This document shows positions 48,202 through 55,202 of a stretch of 55,202 bases of DNA, piece after piece. The stretch covers positions 1-55,202 of the forward strand of contig JAGGUF010000072.1 in assembly GCA_021158595.1 (NCBI GenBank). The letters run 5' to 3'. The notes beneath the pieces were generated by a model. It was not told the DNA's origin and searched no databases. It was given only the letters and a program-made list of their open reading frames with translations. This DNA comes from a bacterium. GTDB lineage: Bacteria > Patescibacteriota > Minisyncoccia > Minisyncoccales > GCA-002788555. The translations under genes and the position numbers were made by a program. Position 1 is the stretch's first letter; every line of letters begins with the position of its first letter.

Positions 48202-49116
48202 TCATTGCAGTGCTTCTTTCGCAGTAGTAATTTCTGTTACCTCAGAAGTAATTTGAGCCTGCCGGGCCTTGTTCTCTTCTAATTTCAAATTTTCCATAAT
48301 CCTTTCAATATTCTCTGAGGCTGATTTCATTGCCATCATTCGGGCGGAATGCTCAGAAGCATTTGCTTCTAAAATCAAATGATAAATAAGAAATTCAACT
48401 AGTTGAGGAACCAAACTTTCAAAAATCAGTTCAAAAGAGGGTTCAAGAATATAATCAATGGTTCTTTCTTTCTTCTCTTCAGTCTCTGAATCAGATCTTC
48501 TCTTTTGTCTTAACTGATAATTTCTCAACATCTCTTCAATCTCTCTCAATTTTAAAGGAAGAATTTGTATTTTTGTAGGTTTTTGATAAAAAGTGGAAAT
48601 AAAATCTGGATAAAAAAACAAAATCTTTCTAAATCTTCCTTGCTTGAAATATCTGATTAAAAGATCAGCAATAGGCTTTATCTCCTCAAGTTCTCCATAA
48701 TCGCCAATTCCTGAAAACTCTATCAAAACCTTGTAATCTTTTTTTCTAAAATACTTAATGGCCTTTTTGCCTATTGCCATAATCTCAATTTCCCTTTCTT
48801 CCTTTATCTCTCTCTCAAAAAAACCTAAGATGTTTCGATTATAAGCACCGCAGAAGCCTTTATCTGAAGTAACCACCACTGCCAAGATAACATTGCCCTT
48901 GCCCTCCTTAAAAAAGATAGACCTTTTCTGAATTTCTTCTTCATACCGAGAAAGATTTTTTAGAATTTTTAGAGCGGTTTGGGTAAAGGGTCGGGAATTC
49001 AAGGCTAACTCTTGGGCTTTCTTCATTTTTATCGCTGAAATCACCTCAATGGCTTTGGTAATCTCAAAGATATTCCCAATAGAAGATATTTTTCTTTTAA
49101 TCTCTTTCTGCTTCAT
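48202..49116 (-). CDS. atpG: ATP synthase F1 gamma subunit
   Basis: MKQKEIKRKISSIGNIFEITKAIEVISAIKMKKAQ start, C-terminal ITSEVTEITTAKEAL; operon position. Confidence 0.9.
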   Translation of the reverse strand: MKQKEIKRKISSIGNIFEITKAIEVISAIKMKKAQELALNSRPFTQTALKILKNLSRYEEEIQKRSIFFKEGKGNVILAVVVTSDKGFCGAYNRNILGFFEREIKEEREIEIMAIGKKAIKYFRKKDYKVLIEFSGIGDYGELEEIKPIADLLIRYFKQGRFRKILFFYPDFISTFYQKPTKIQILPLKLREIEEMLRNYQLRQKRRSDSETEEKKERTIDYILEPSFELIFESLVPQLVEFLIYHLILEANASEHSARMMAMKSASENIERIMENLKLEENKARQAQITSEVTEITTAKEALQ

Positions 49117-49145
49117 ATCAAAATTTTATTTGATATGGAATTGCT

Positions 49146-49353
49146 AACCAATAAGGTTATATCCAAGATGAAAGTTGACACCTTTTTACCATCTTACATA
49201 TTATGGACAAAACTGGAAATATTTCCAATGTTTTTAATAATCCCTCCCCCTCCTTAATCCTCCCCCTCCCTTTGGGAGGGGGAGGATATAGGTGGGAGAG
49301 GGAAATCTTCCTCTATTAACTGTTAACTTTTATTTTGCATTCAACCAATAAGG
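49146..49353. repeat. Repeat copy flanked by 11-bp direct repeats (atpA/atpG spacer)
   Basis: AACCAATAAGG at 49146-49156 and 49343-49353. Core 49242-49302: CCCTCCCCCTCCTTAATCCTCCCCCTCCC-TTTG-GGAGGGGGAGGATATAGGTGGGAGAGGG. Confidence 0.75.
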
Positions 49354-49367
49354 ATTAAGAGATAGCC

Positions 49368-50891
49368 TTATCCCGTAGGTGATGAATTGGTTAGATTGAT
49401 ATATCTCCTTCTTACCTCTTCTATTGCTTTTCTTAAATCTTCCTCTGTTTCTTTATCCAAATCTTTTGTCTCTCTTATTTTTCTCAAAATATCAGGCTTC
49501 TGATTCTCTAAATAAAGAAATAGATCTCTCTCAAATCTTTTCACCTGGTCTAATTTTATCTTGTCCAAAAAGCCCCTTGTGCCAGCAAAAATAATAGCGA
49601 CCTGCTTTTCAAAAGGTAAGGGAGTACCTCTTTCTTGTTTTAAAATCTCTCTTAATCGTTTTCCTCTTTCTAATCTCTTCCTTGTTTCTTCATCCACCTC
49701 CTCCGCAAATCCCAAAAACCGCTCTAATTCCTGAAATTGAGCAATCTCCAGTTTTAGTTTTCCTGCCACCTTCTTCATTGCTTTGGTTTGAGCATTGGAA
49801 CCTACTCTGGAAACAGAAAGACCAATATTCACTTCTGGTCTTTGGCCGGATAAACGCAATTCTGTGTCCATTATAATCTGCCCATCACAAATAGAAATTA
49901 AATTGGTAGGAATATAAGCAGTAACATCCCCTGCCTGGGTTTGAAGAATAGGAAAAGCAGTCATAGAACCCCCTCCCTTCTCTTTGCTTAATTTTCCTGC
50001 TCTTTCTAAAAGTCTTGAATGTAAATAAAAAATATCTCCAGGATAAGCCTCTCTTCCGGGAGGTCTTCTTAAGATTAAAGATATCTCTCTCCAGGCATAG
50101 GCGTGTCTTCCTAACTCATCATAGACAATTAATACATCCTTGCCTTTATCCATAAAATACTCACCCATAGCACATCCAGCATAAGGAGCAAGATACCAAA
50201 GTGAGGATGGATCTGAAGCAGAGGCACAAACCACAATAGTGTAATCGGTCGCTTTGTGCTTTTTCAAGGTCTTAATAATTCTTGCCACTTCCATCCTTTT
50301 ATACCCTATTGCCACATAAATACATACAGGTCTTTTGGGTTCATTTTTTTGATTTATAATAGCATCAATGGCTAAACCTGTCCTGTCTGTGATATTGTCT
50401 CCCAAAATTAGTTCCCTTTGACCTCTACCAATAGGAATTAAGGCATCCAATACCTTTATCCCGGTATGCAAAGGAAAATTTACCGGTTCCCTCTCAATCA
50501 CTGAAGGTGCTATTCTCTCTATAGGATAAAACTCTTTGTAAGAAACATCTCCTTTGCCATCTATCGGCTTTCCCAAAGGATTAACTACTCTTCCTATAAG
50601 GACTTCTCCCACAGGCACAGAGAGGATCTTATTTGTTCTCTTTACAATATCCCCTTCTTTCAGTTTTGAGTAGTCACCAAAAACTATTGCTCCTACCTCA
50701 TCTCTTTCTAAATTAACAGCCAAACCCAAAATCTTCTCTTTAAACTCCAAGACCTCCATTGATTTTACATTTTTCAAACCAGAGATCTTTACTATCCCAT
50801 CCTTTACCTCCAAAACCTCCCCTATCTCTTCTACCTTGACCTCTGTAGCCAGTCTATCAATTTCTTTTTTTAAATACTCTGCAATTTCCAT
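49368..50891 (-). CDS. atpA: ATP synthase F1 alpha subunit
   Basis: Degenerate alpha-subunit P-loop region RGQRELILGDNITDRTGLAIDAI, SRLLERAGKL, GGGSMTAFPILQTQAGDVTAYIPTN; 507 aa. Confidence 0.9.
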   Translation of the reverse strand: MEIAEYLKKEIDRLATEVKVEEIGEVLEVKDGIVKISGLKNVKSMEVLEFKEKILGLAVNLERDEVGAIVFGDYSKLKEGDIVKRTNKILSVPVGEVLIGRVVNPLGKPIDGKGDVSYKEFYPIERIAPSVIEREPVNFPLHTGIKVLDALIPIGRGQRELILGDNITDRTGLAIDAIINQKNEPKRPVCIYVAIGYKRMEVARIIKTLKKHKATDYTIVVCASASDPSSLWYLAPYAGCAMGEYFMDKGKDVLIVYDELGRHAYAWREISLILRRPPGREAYPGDIFYLHSRLLERAGKLSKEKGGGSMTAFPILQTQAGDVTAYIPTNLISICDGQIIMDTELRLSGQRPEVNIGLSVSRVGSNAQTKAMKKVAGKLKLEIAQFQELERFLGFAEEVDEETRKRLERGKRLREILKQERGTPLPFEKQVAIIFAGTRGFLDKIKLDQVKRFERDLFLYLENQKPDILRKIRETKDLDKETEEDLRKAIEEVRRRYINLTNSSPTG

Positions 50892-50915
50892 AGTGGATTG
50901 TAGATTGTTGGTTGT

Positions 50916-51314
50916 TTAGTTGTAGGTTGTAAGTTCTTCTTCTACCTTTTGAAGCAAACCTCTAATTGAGGCATCTATTAAAAAATTTTCTGTCTTTATA
51001 ATAAATCCCCCAAGAATATCTTTGTTTATTTTCATCTCTGTCATTTGAGATTCTTGAAAAACATCCCTGAAGGTTGTTTTTATTTTTTCTAAAACTTCTC
51101 TATCAGGCTCTCTGGCAAAAACCAAGATTCCCTTTTTTCTTTTTAAATACCTTTGATAGGCCTTCAAAATCCGAGGCAAAAGATAAAGTTTCCTTTTTCT
51201 TCTTAAAACCTCTATCATATCTTTTATCATCCTTTCCTTTCTCCACTCTTCTTTCTCTTTTGCTGCCTTATCTAAAATTTTTATGCATTTTTCAACTTGA
51301 TCTTCCATACTCAT
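50916..51314 (-). CDS. atpH: ATP synthase delta (OSCP) subunit, shortened
   Basis: 132 aa. C-terminal block DILGGFIIKTENFLIDASIRGLLQKV matches the delta C-terminus. Overlaps atpF by 23 nt. Confidence 0.7.
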   Translation of the reverse strand: MSMEDQVEKCIKILDKAAKEKEEWRKERMIKDMIEVLRRKRKLYLLPRILKAYQRYLKRKKGILVFAREPDREVLEKIKTTFRDVFQESQMTEMKINKDILGGFIIKTENFLIDASIRGLLQKVEEELTTYN

Positions 51315-51828
51315 TTTGAAATTTCATTAATATCTGTTCAATTAAGTTTTTATCTTTTTTCTTATCAAGTTTCTTCTTTAAAATTTCCTCTGTCAATATG
51401 ATACTTGTTTTTATTGCCTCTTTTTCTATTCTCTTCCTTATCTCTTCCTTTTTTCTCGCAGCCTCCTCCATAGCCTCTTTAATTATTCTCTCTCTCTCTT
51501 TCTCTCCTTCAGAAATAATCTTCTCTGAAAGCCCCTTCCCCTTCTCCTCTGCCGCTTTGGCTATCTGAATGGCTTTCTCTCTAGCATTGTCCAAAATTCT
51601 TTTTTCTTTCTCTCTTATCTTCTTAATTTTTTTCTCTATCTCCTCTGAATTTCTAATTCCCTGTTCAATTTTACTTCTTCTCTTCTCCAAAAGAGACAAA
51701 AATGGAGTATAAACAAATCTCTTTAAAAGATATAAAAGAATAGCAAAGTTAATAATCTGCCCTAATAAAATTTTCCAATCAATTCCAATTTTACCCATAT
51801 CTAATAAACTCCTTTTAATATCTAACAA
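51292..51828 (-). CDS. atpF: ATP synthase Fo b subunit
   Basis: Single N-terminal TM helix followed by a long E/K/R-rich helix; operon position. Confidence 0.8.
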   Translation of the reverse strand: MLDIKRSLLDMGKIGIDWKILLGQIINFAILLYLLKRFVYTPFLSLLEKRRSKIEQGIRNSEEIEKKIKKIREKEKRILDNAREKAIQIAKAAEEKGKGLSEKIISEGEKERERIIKEAMEEAARKKEEIRKRIEKEAIKTSIILTEEILKKKLDKKKDKNLIEQILMKFQNEYGRSS

Positions 51829-51848
51829 ACTAAAAATTTATAAATCCA

Positions 51849-52076
51849 CTAAACAAATTTAATAACAAGAGCCACTACCAAGGCATAGATTGCCACAGCC
51901 TCAGCAAAGGCAATTGCCAATATCATTCCCGTCTGAATCTTGCTTGAGGCTTCAGGGTTTCTACCCATTGCCTTTAGTCCCTCTTTTCCAATAAGACCAA
52001 TAGCAAGAGCCGGTATCATTGTGCCTATGGCAATGGTTAAAGCAGTAGCTATGTTTTTGACAACTTCAGCATCCAT
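51849..52076 (-). CDS. atpE: ATP synthase Fo c subunit
   Basis: 75-aa hairpin; GRNPE loop and carboxylate helix AFAEAVAIYALVVAL. Confidence 0.9.
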   Translation of the reverse strand: MDAEVVKNIATALTIAIGTMIPALAIGLIGKEGLKAMGRNPEASSKIQTGMILAIAFAEAVAIYALVVALVIKFV

Positions 52077-52079
52077 ATT

Positions 52080-52832
52080 TTATTTTTCACCCAAATCTTG
52101 AGACCTTGAATTTGCGACCTTTTGTTGTTGAGAATGCTCTGTGGCGCTAGTATAAAAAATGACTACCAGAGAAGAAAAGATAAGAGCCTGTATAAACCCC
52201 ACAATAATTTCTAATGCCAAAAATGGTAGAGGAACAAAATAGGCAATCAAAAAGGAACTAATTATCAAAAGCACCTCTCCGGCAAATATATTCCCAAACA
52301 ACCGAAAGGCAAGAGAAAAACACTTGGTAATCTCACTTATCCCTTCTAAAATGCCTACAAAAAAGAGAATAGGATTCTTGAAATTTAAAAATCTTTTAGA
52401 ATAGGTAAAAAAGCCTAATCGTTTAAGAGAAAGGATATTTATAAAAATAATAGAGAAAAGAGCCAAGCCAAGAGTAAGATTTAAATCAGAGGTTGGAGCC
52501 CGCAAAAAATGAAAAACTCCCAATCCTGGAAGCAATTCTACATAGTTACAAAAAAGAATAAGAATAAAAAGAGTAGCGGCTATAGGAAAAATCTCTTTGG
52601 TCTTTTTTCTATCACGGGTAATAGAATCAATGAAATTAAAAATAGACTCCAAAATCCATTCAGCAAAATTTTGGAGTCTGGAAGGAATAAACTTCCTATT
52701 TTTAAAAACAAAATAGAAAACAGCAAAAATAAGAATCTCAATAATGAGACTCAAAAGAAAGGTGTTTGTTATATCAAAACCAAAGAGCCCAAATAGTTTC
52801 TCTCCAGAAATAGTAATATCAGGCATCCCCAT
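52080..52832 (-). CDS. atpB: ATP synthase Fo a subunit
   Basis: Polytopic; conserved Arg helix SLAFRLFGNIFAGE. Confidence 0.9.
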   Translation of the reverse strand: MGMPDITISGEKLFGLFGFDITNTFLLSLIIEILIFAVFYFVFKNRKFIPSRLQNFAEWILESIFNFIDSITRDRKKTKEIFPIAATLFILILFCNYVELLPGLGVFHFLRAPTSDLNLTLGLALFSIIFINILSLKRLGFFTYSKRFLNFKNPILFFVGILEGISEITKCFSLAFRLFGNIFAGEVLLIISSFLIAYFVPLPFLALEIIVGFIQALIFSSLVVIFYTSATEHSQQQKVANSRSQDLGEK

Positions 52833-52944
52833 ATAATAGATATAAAGAAGTTTTTGTTCTTATTTTAGAGATTAAAAATCTCAATACCTTGTATTATTCT
52901 TTCTGCTAAAAATTATATACCTTTTTACCTATCTCTGTCAAGAT

Positions 52945-53053
52945 CCCTCCCTCACCTCTCTCCTCCCCCTTCCCAGAGGGAGGAGGATTGGGGAGGATCT
53001 CCTCAGTTATCCTCCCCCTCCCTTTGGGAGGGGGAGGACTAAGGAGGGGTGGG
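52945..53053. repeat. Two adjacent hairpin-core repeats upstream of the atp operon
   Basis: 52945-52996: CCCTCCCTCACCTCTCTCCTCCCCCTTCCC-AGAG-GGAGGAGGATTGGGGAGG. 53009-53053: ATCCTCCCCCTCCC-TTTG-GGAGGGGGAGGACTAAGGAGGGGTGGG. Confidence 0.85.
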
Positions 53054-53137
53054 AGAATATCAGATCTTACCAAACTCTTTATTTAGCCAATGGATGATCT
53101 TTAACTGTACCCTATGTACCCGACGAGTTCTACCCCC

Positions 53138-53166
53138 TTGACAAGATTTTGGTGATATGCTATAAT
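53138..53166 (+). promoter_or_regulatory. Perfect consensus sigma70 promoter with extended -10
   Basis: TTGACA (53138-53143), 17-nt spacer, TGcTATAAT (-10 at 53161-53166). Confidence 0.7.
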
Positions 53167-53170
53167 GTAG

Positions 53171-53534
53171 ACGGAAAAATAAAGGAGGCTTTGAAAATTA
53201 AAGCGTATGGGCCAGATTGACCTCGCTCCTTAAGATTTAAGAGCAGGGTCGGTCAGCCCTCGCTATTATTAGTAATGAGTGCCTCCCAGCCCCACCTTTT
53301 GGCTGAAGATTTTAGCCAAAAGTGGGGCTGGGTGCACTCCTTACTAAAGGAGTAATAGCACTTTTACAAAGGCACTCAAAGGGGAAGGAGAGAATAATTC
53401 TCTGTGGCCAAGGATTGCTTATCAATATACAAAATGGTAAGTAATCCTCGGCCACAGAGATTTGCAATTTCAGTGATTCAATGACGAAAAAAAATGGGCC
53501 AATAAAAATAAAAGTTAGGAGGTGAAAAGAAAAA
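53171..53534 (+). ncRNA. Candidate structured RNA / long 5' leader
   Basis: No credible ORF. Three long hairpins: H1 53209-53259 (with G-U pairs that only work on the + strand), H2 53271-53345 (contains the GGGGCTGGG repeat hairpin 53285-53332), H3 53399-53460. Confidence 0.4.
53399..53460 (+). promoter_or_regulatory. Long hairpin following a conserved AGCAC box (unit 1)
   Basis: TCTCTGTGGCC/GGCCACAGAGA plus AGGATT/AATCCT. The loop contains TTATCAAT...TGGTA. Box AGCACTTTTACAAAGGCACTCAAAGGGGAAGGAGA at 53357-53391. Confidence 0.55.
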
Positions 53535-53894
53535 ATGGAGGAAGAAATGAAAGAGGAAAAAAAGGAAAGGCCATCGCATCCTCCAAGGGAAGAATTCCTT
53601 GCTGTGAAGACAGCGAGGGAACTGATAAAGAAGAGAAGTGAAGAGATACAGAAAATACGAGAGAGACAATCGAAAGCAACCAAGTTTTTGGTCGCCCTCG
53701 ATGATATTCGTCAAGAACTACAAGTAAACTTCATTAAATTTACGTTCCAAGACGGAACAATGATTATCAGGGATGTAGACGAAAAGCGGTTCTACATACA
53801 AAAGGGGAACGAAAGAAAAGAGATTGACGTTCAGAAGGACTATGACCTCGTGCTCCATCTAGCGAAGCAGAAAGTATTACAGGTTGAAGGATAG
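53535..53894 (+). CDS. Hypothetical protein (orphan, E/K/R-rich)
   Basis: 119 aa. A strong Shine-Dalgarno AGGAGGTGA sits 9 nt upstream, unlike most genes in the window. Composition is visibly GC-richer than the neighbouring genes. Confidence 0.6.
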   Translation: MEEEMKEEKKERPSHPPREEFLAVKTARELIKKRSEEIQKIRERQSKATKFLVALDDIRQELQVNFIKFTFQDGTMIIRDVDEKRFYIQKGNERKEIDVQKDYDLVLHLAKQKVLQVEG

Positions 53895-54037
53895 AAATAA
53901 AACACCTTTTATTTTTTCTCCTTCCTTCCTTTTTTCAGTCCATAAATTGAGTTTGTGGATTGAAAAAAGCCCTCAACCTTAAGGGTTGAGGGGAAAAGCA
54001 CCTTAAAAAGGCACTCAAAGAGGAAGGAGAAGGAGAA

Positions 54038-54092
54038 TTCACATCACCCGAATTGTTTATCAATTTTTGGTAGATAGTTCGGGTGATGTGAA
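54038..54092 (+). promoter_or_regulatory. Perfect 15-bp hairpin occluding the ribosome-binding site of the next ORF (unit 2)
   Basis: TTCACATCACCCGAA / TTCGGGTGATGTGAA. The 3' arm contains GGTGAT (SD-like) and ends 2 nt before the ATG at 54095. The loop contains TTATCAAT...TGGTA. Box AGCACCTTAAAAAGGCACTCAAAGAGGAAGGAGA at 53997-54030. Confidence 0.6.
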
Positions 54093-54094
54093 AA

Positions 54095-54970
54095 ATGAAT
54101 ATAATAAAGAAAAAAAAGGTGGTGAAGGTACAGCTGAAGGGACAGGGCACGGGCTATAGTGCCCTGGACAAGGAATTCATAAGGTTCATAGAGGAAAGAG
54201 GCATCACTCCGCTCCGCAGAGAATCAGGCCTCATTCGCCATACCTCCTGGCAGTACGAGACATACGTGTTCGGAAAAAGGTACTTCCAGAAATTCGAGGA
54301 AGACCTCAGGAAGGTGCTGGATGAGCGAGAAAAAGAGCTGAATATTAGAAGAGAAGTAGATTTTTATATAGAACAACTTTTCAGTTATGTAATCAGGTAT
54401 GCAAGAAGAGAAGGGATAGGCAATGAAGAAGAAATTGAGAAAGAAATCAAGGAATGGGGACTTAGTCCCCTTACGATAAAAATCATCAAATTACTCAGTG
54501 AATATCCAGAGGAAGCGGCGGATGATATAGTGGCAAAGATAGTGAAGCGAGCGATAGCAGAGGGAAAATACAAAAAAAATGAGGACTGGGAGGTCGCCCT
54601 ATGCGGGCGACGATGGAGTTTCGTAGAAGATGAACATTGGATTTACAAGGTAATTAAAGAGGATTGCCGGAAGGAAATTCTTCCAAAGTACCAAGAATTC
54701 AGAAGGTATCTTGGAGATTTCTATTTTGGCAGCGAACTTTCCTCCGCCTCCATCGATGAGCAGAAAGAAGCGTTGAAAAGATGGGGAGAAGCAGCCAAAA
54801 AGCTTAGAGAAGTGCTCGGAAAGTCCGTGGGCATTTACCCAGATTGCATTTATCTGGGTAAATGTAGTGAGGAAAATCTAAAAAAAGCCAGAGAGGCGGT
54901 GAAAGTCTTTGGGATGTCAGTAATACCAATGCCCCAGTACAAAGACCAGTTTATCGTAGTAATCCAGTAA
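54095..54970 (+). CDS. Hypothetical protein (orphan)
   Basis: 291-aa ORF with C/G-ending codons (CTG, GGC, CGC, GCC, TAC) that are rare elsewhere in the window. No motif recognised. Confidence 0.6.
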   Translation: MNIIKKKKVVKVQLKGQGTGYSALDKEFIRFIEERGITPLRRESGLIRHTSWQYETYVFGKRYFQKFEEDLRKVLDEREKELNIRREVDFYIEQLFSYVIRYARREGIGNEEEIEKEIKEWGLSPLTIKIIKLLSEYPEEAADDIVAKIVKRAIAEGKYKKNEDWEVALCGRRWSFVEDEHWIYKVIKEDCRKEILPKYQEFRRYLGDFYFGSELSSASIDEQKEALKRWGEAAKKLREVLGKSVGIYPDCIYLGKCSEENLKKAREAVKVFGMSVIPMPQYKDQFIVVIQ

Positions 54971-55060
54971 TCCCTTCTCCTTCCCTTTTTTCCCTTTTTC
55001 TAGCGGACAAAAATTTGTCAATTAGAAAAAGGAAAATAGCACTTTAAAAAATTCAAAATT

Positions 55061-55150
55061 CCTCCTGCTGATTAAGATTCTAAGAATCGCGAATTTACAC
55101 AAATATAAACACGAATTTTCGCGAATTTTAGAGTTTTAATCAGCAGGAGG
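55061..55150 (+). promoter_or_regulatory. Perfect 15-bp outer hairpin ending at an ATG (unit 3)
   Basis: CCTCCTGCTGATTAA / TTAATCAGCAGGAGG enclose an inner TCGCGA-containing repeat pair. The 5' arm carries anti-SD-like CCTCC and the 3' arm AGGAGG. AGCACTTTAAAAAA box at 55038. Confidence 0.55.
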
Positions 55151-55202
55151 ATGAAACTTCTGCTGAGGAGGAGAAAGATGAGAGAAGGAGAAGGAAGAAA
55201 AA
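55151..55202 (+). CDS. Partial ORF running off the window end
   Basis: ATG at 55151 and an in-frame ATG at 55178. The latter is preceded by GAGGAGGA at 5-nt spacing and is the more likely start. Only 17 codons are visible. Confidence 0.25.
   Translation, partial: MKLLLRRRKMREGEGRK

Noticed and set aside
53312-53714. Minus-strand ORFs 53312-53683 and 53478-53714, and 53935-54150.
   Set aside because: They give low-complexity F/S/L-rich translations. They lie antisense to the purine-rich ORF1 and to the structured leader and conserved boxes, and they have no start context.
53399-55150. The island hairpins as integron attC sites, or IS200/IS605-type subterminal hairpins.
   Set aside because: There are no GTTRRRY/RYYYAAC core sites at the stem bases. 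There is no integrase, TnpA or TnpB in view. The hairpins lie upstream of the ORFs abutting start codons, rather than downstream of cassettes. This cannot be fully excluded without the rest of the island.

Overview
This is an AT-rich, gene-dense bacterial window. Most genes are housekeeping genes on the minus strand. The content fits a small, streamlined CPR/Patescibacteria-like genome, but that lineage call is inference only. All calls come from motif recognition in the supplied translations and reading the DNA; no homology search was run.

Recognisable genes:
- Cell envelope and division: an FtsW/RodA SEDS protein, murB, ftsE-ftsX, an L,D-transpeptidase.
- DNA metabolism: recO, holA, ssb, a UvrD-like helicase, an EndoQ-like PHP protein.
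- Translation and secretion: rpsF-ssb-rpsR, rpsT, metG, hpf, secA, secG.
- RNA processing: RNase J and a second beta-CASP nuclease.
- Energy: a complete F1Fo ATP synthase operon, atpBEFHAGDC.
- RNA genes: tRNA-Arg(CCG), tRNA-Leu(CAG), tRNA-Thr(CGU) and RNase P RNA.

Three things stand out:
1. A dense family of modular intergenic repeats. They are built around a very GC-rich polypyrimidine/polypurine hairpin and occur at 11 loci plus a separate hairpin-module copy at 53285-53332. One copy has 28-bp terminal inverted repeats and forms the rpsF operon leader. Three copies lie inside the atp operon.
2. The last ~2.1 kb (53.1-55.2 kb) differs visibly in composition and codon use. It opens with a perfect consensus promoter and a ~360-nt highly structured RNA. 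It then carries orphan ORFs, each preceded by a conserved box and a long perfect hairpin. I consider this the best candidate for an undescribed or foreign module, and it is cut off by the window end.
3. A release factor 2 gene lacks the whole N-terminal domain and sits directly behind tRNA-Thr.

Smaller items:
- A frameshifted HEPN toxin next to its MNT partner.
- A NadM-NadE fusion.
- A candidate attenuator or sRNA upstream of murB.
- A 26-aa highly basic micro-ORF.
- Minimal ATP synthase epsilon and delta subunits.
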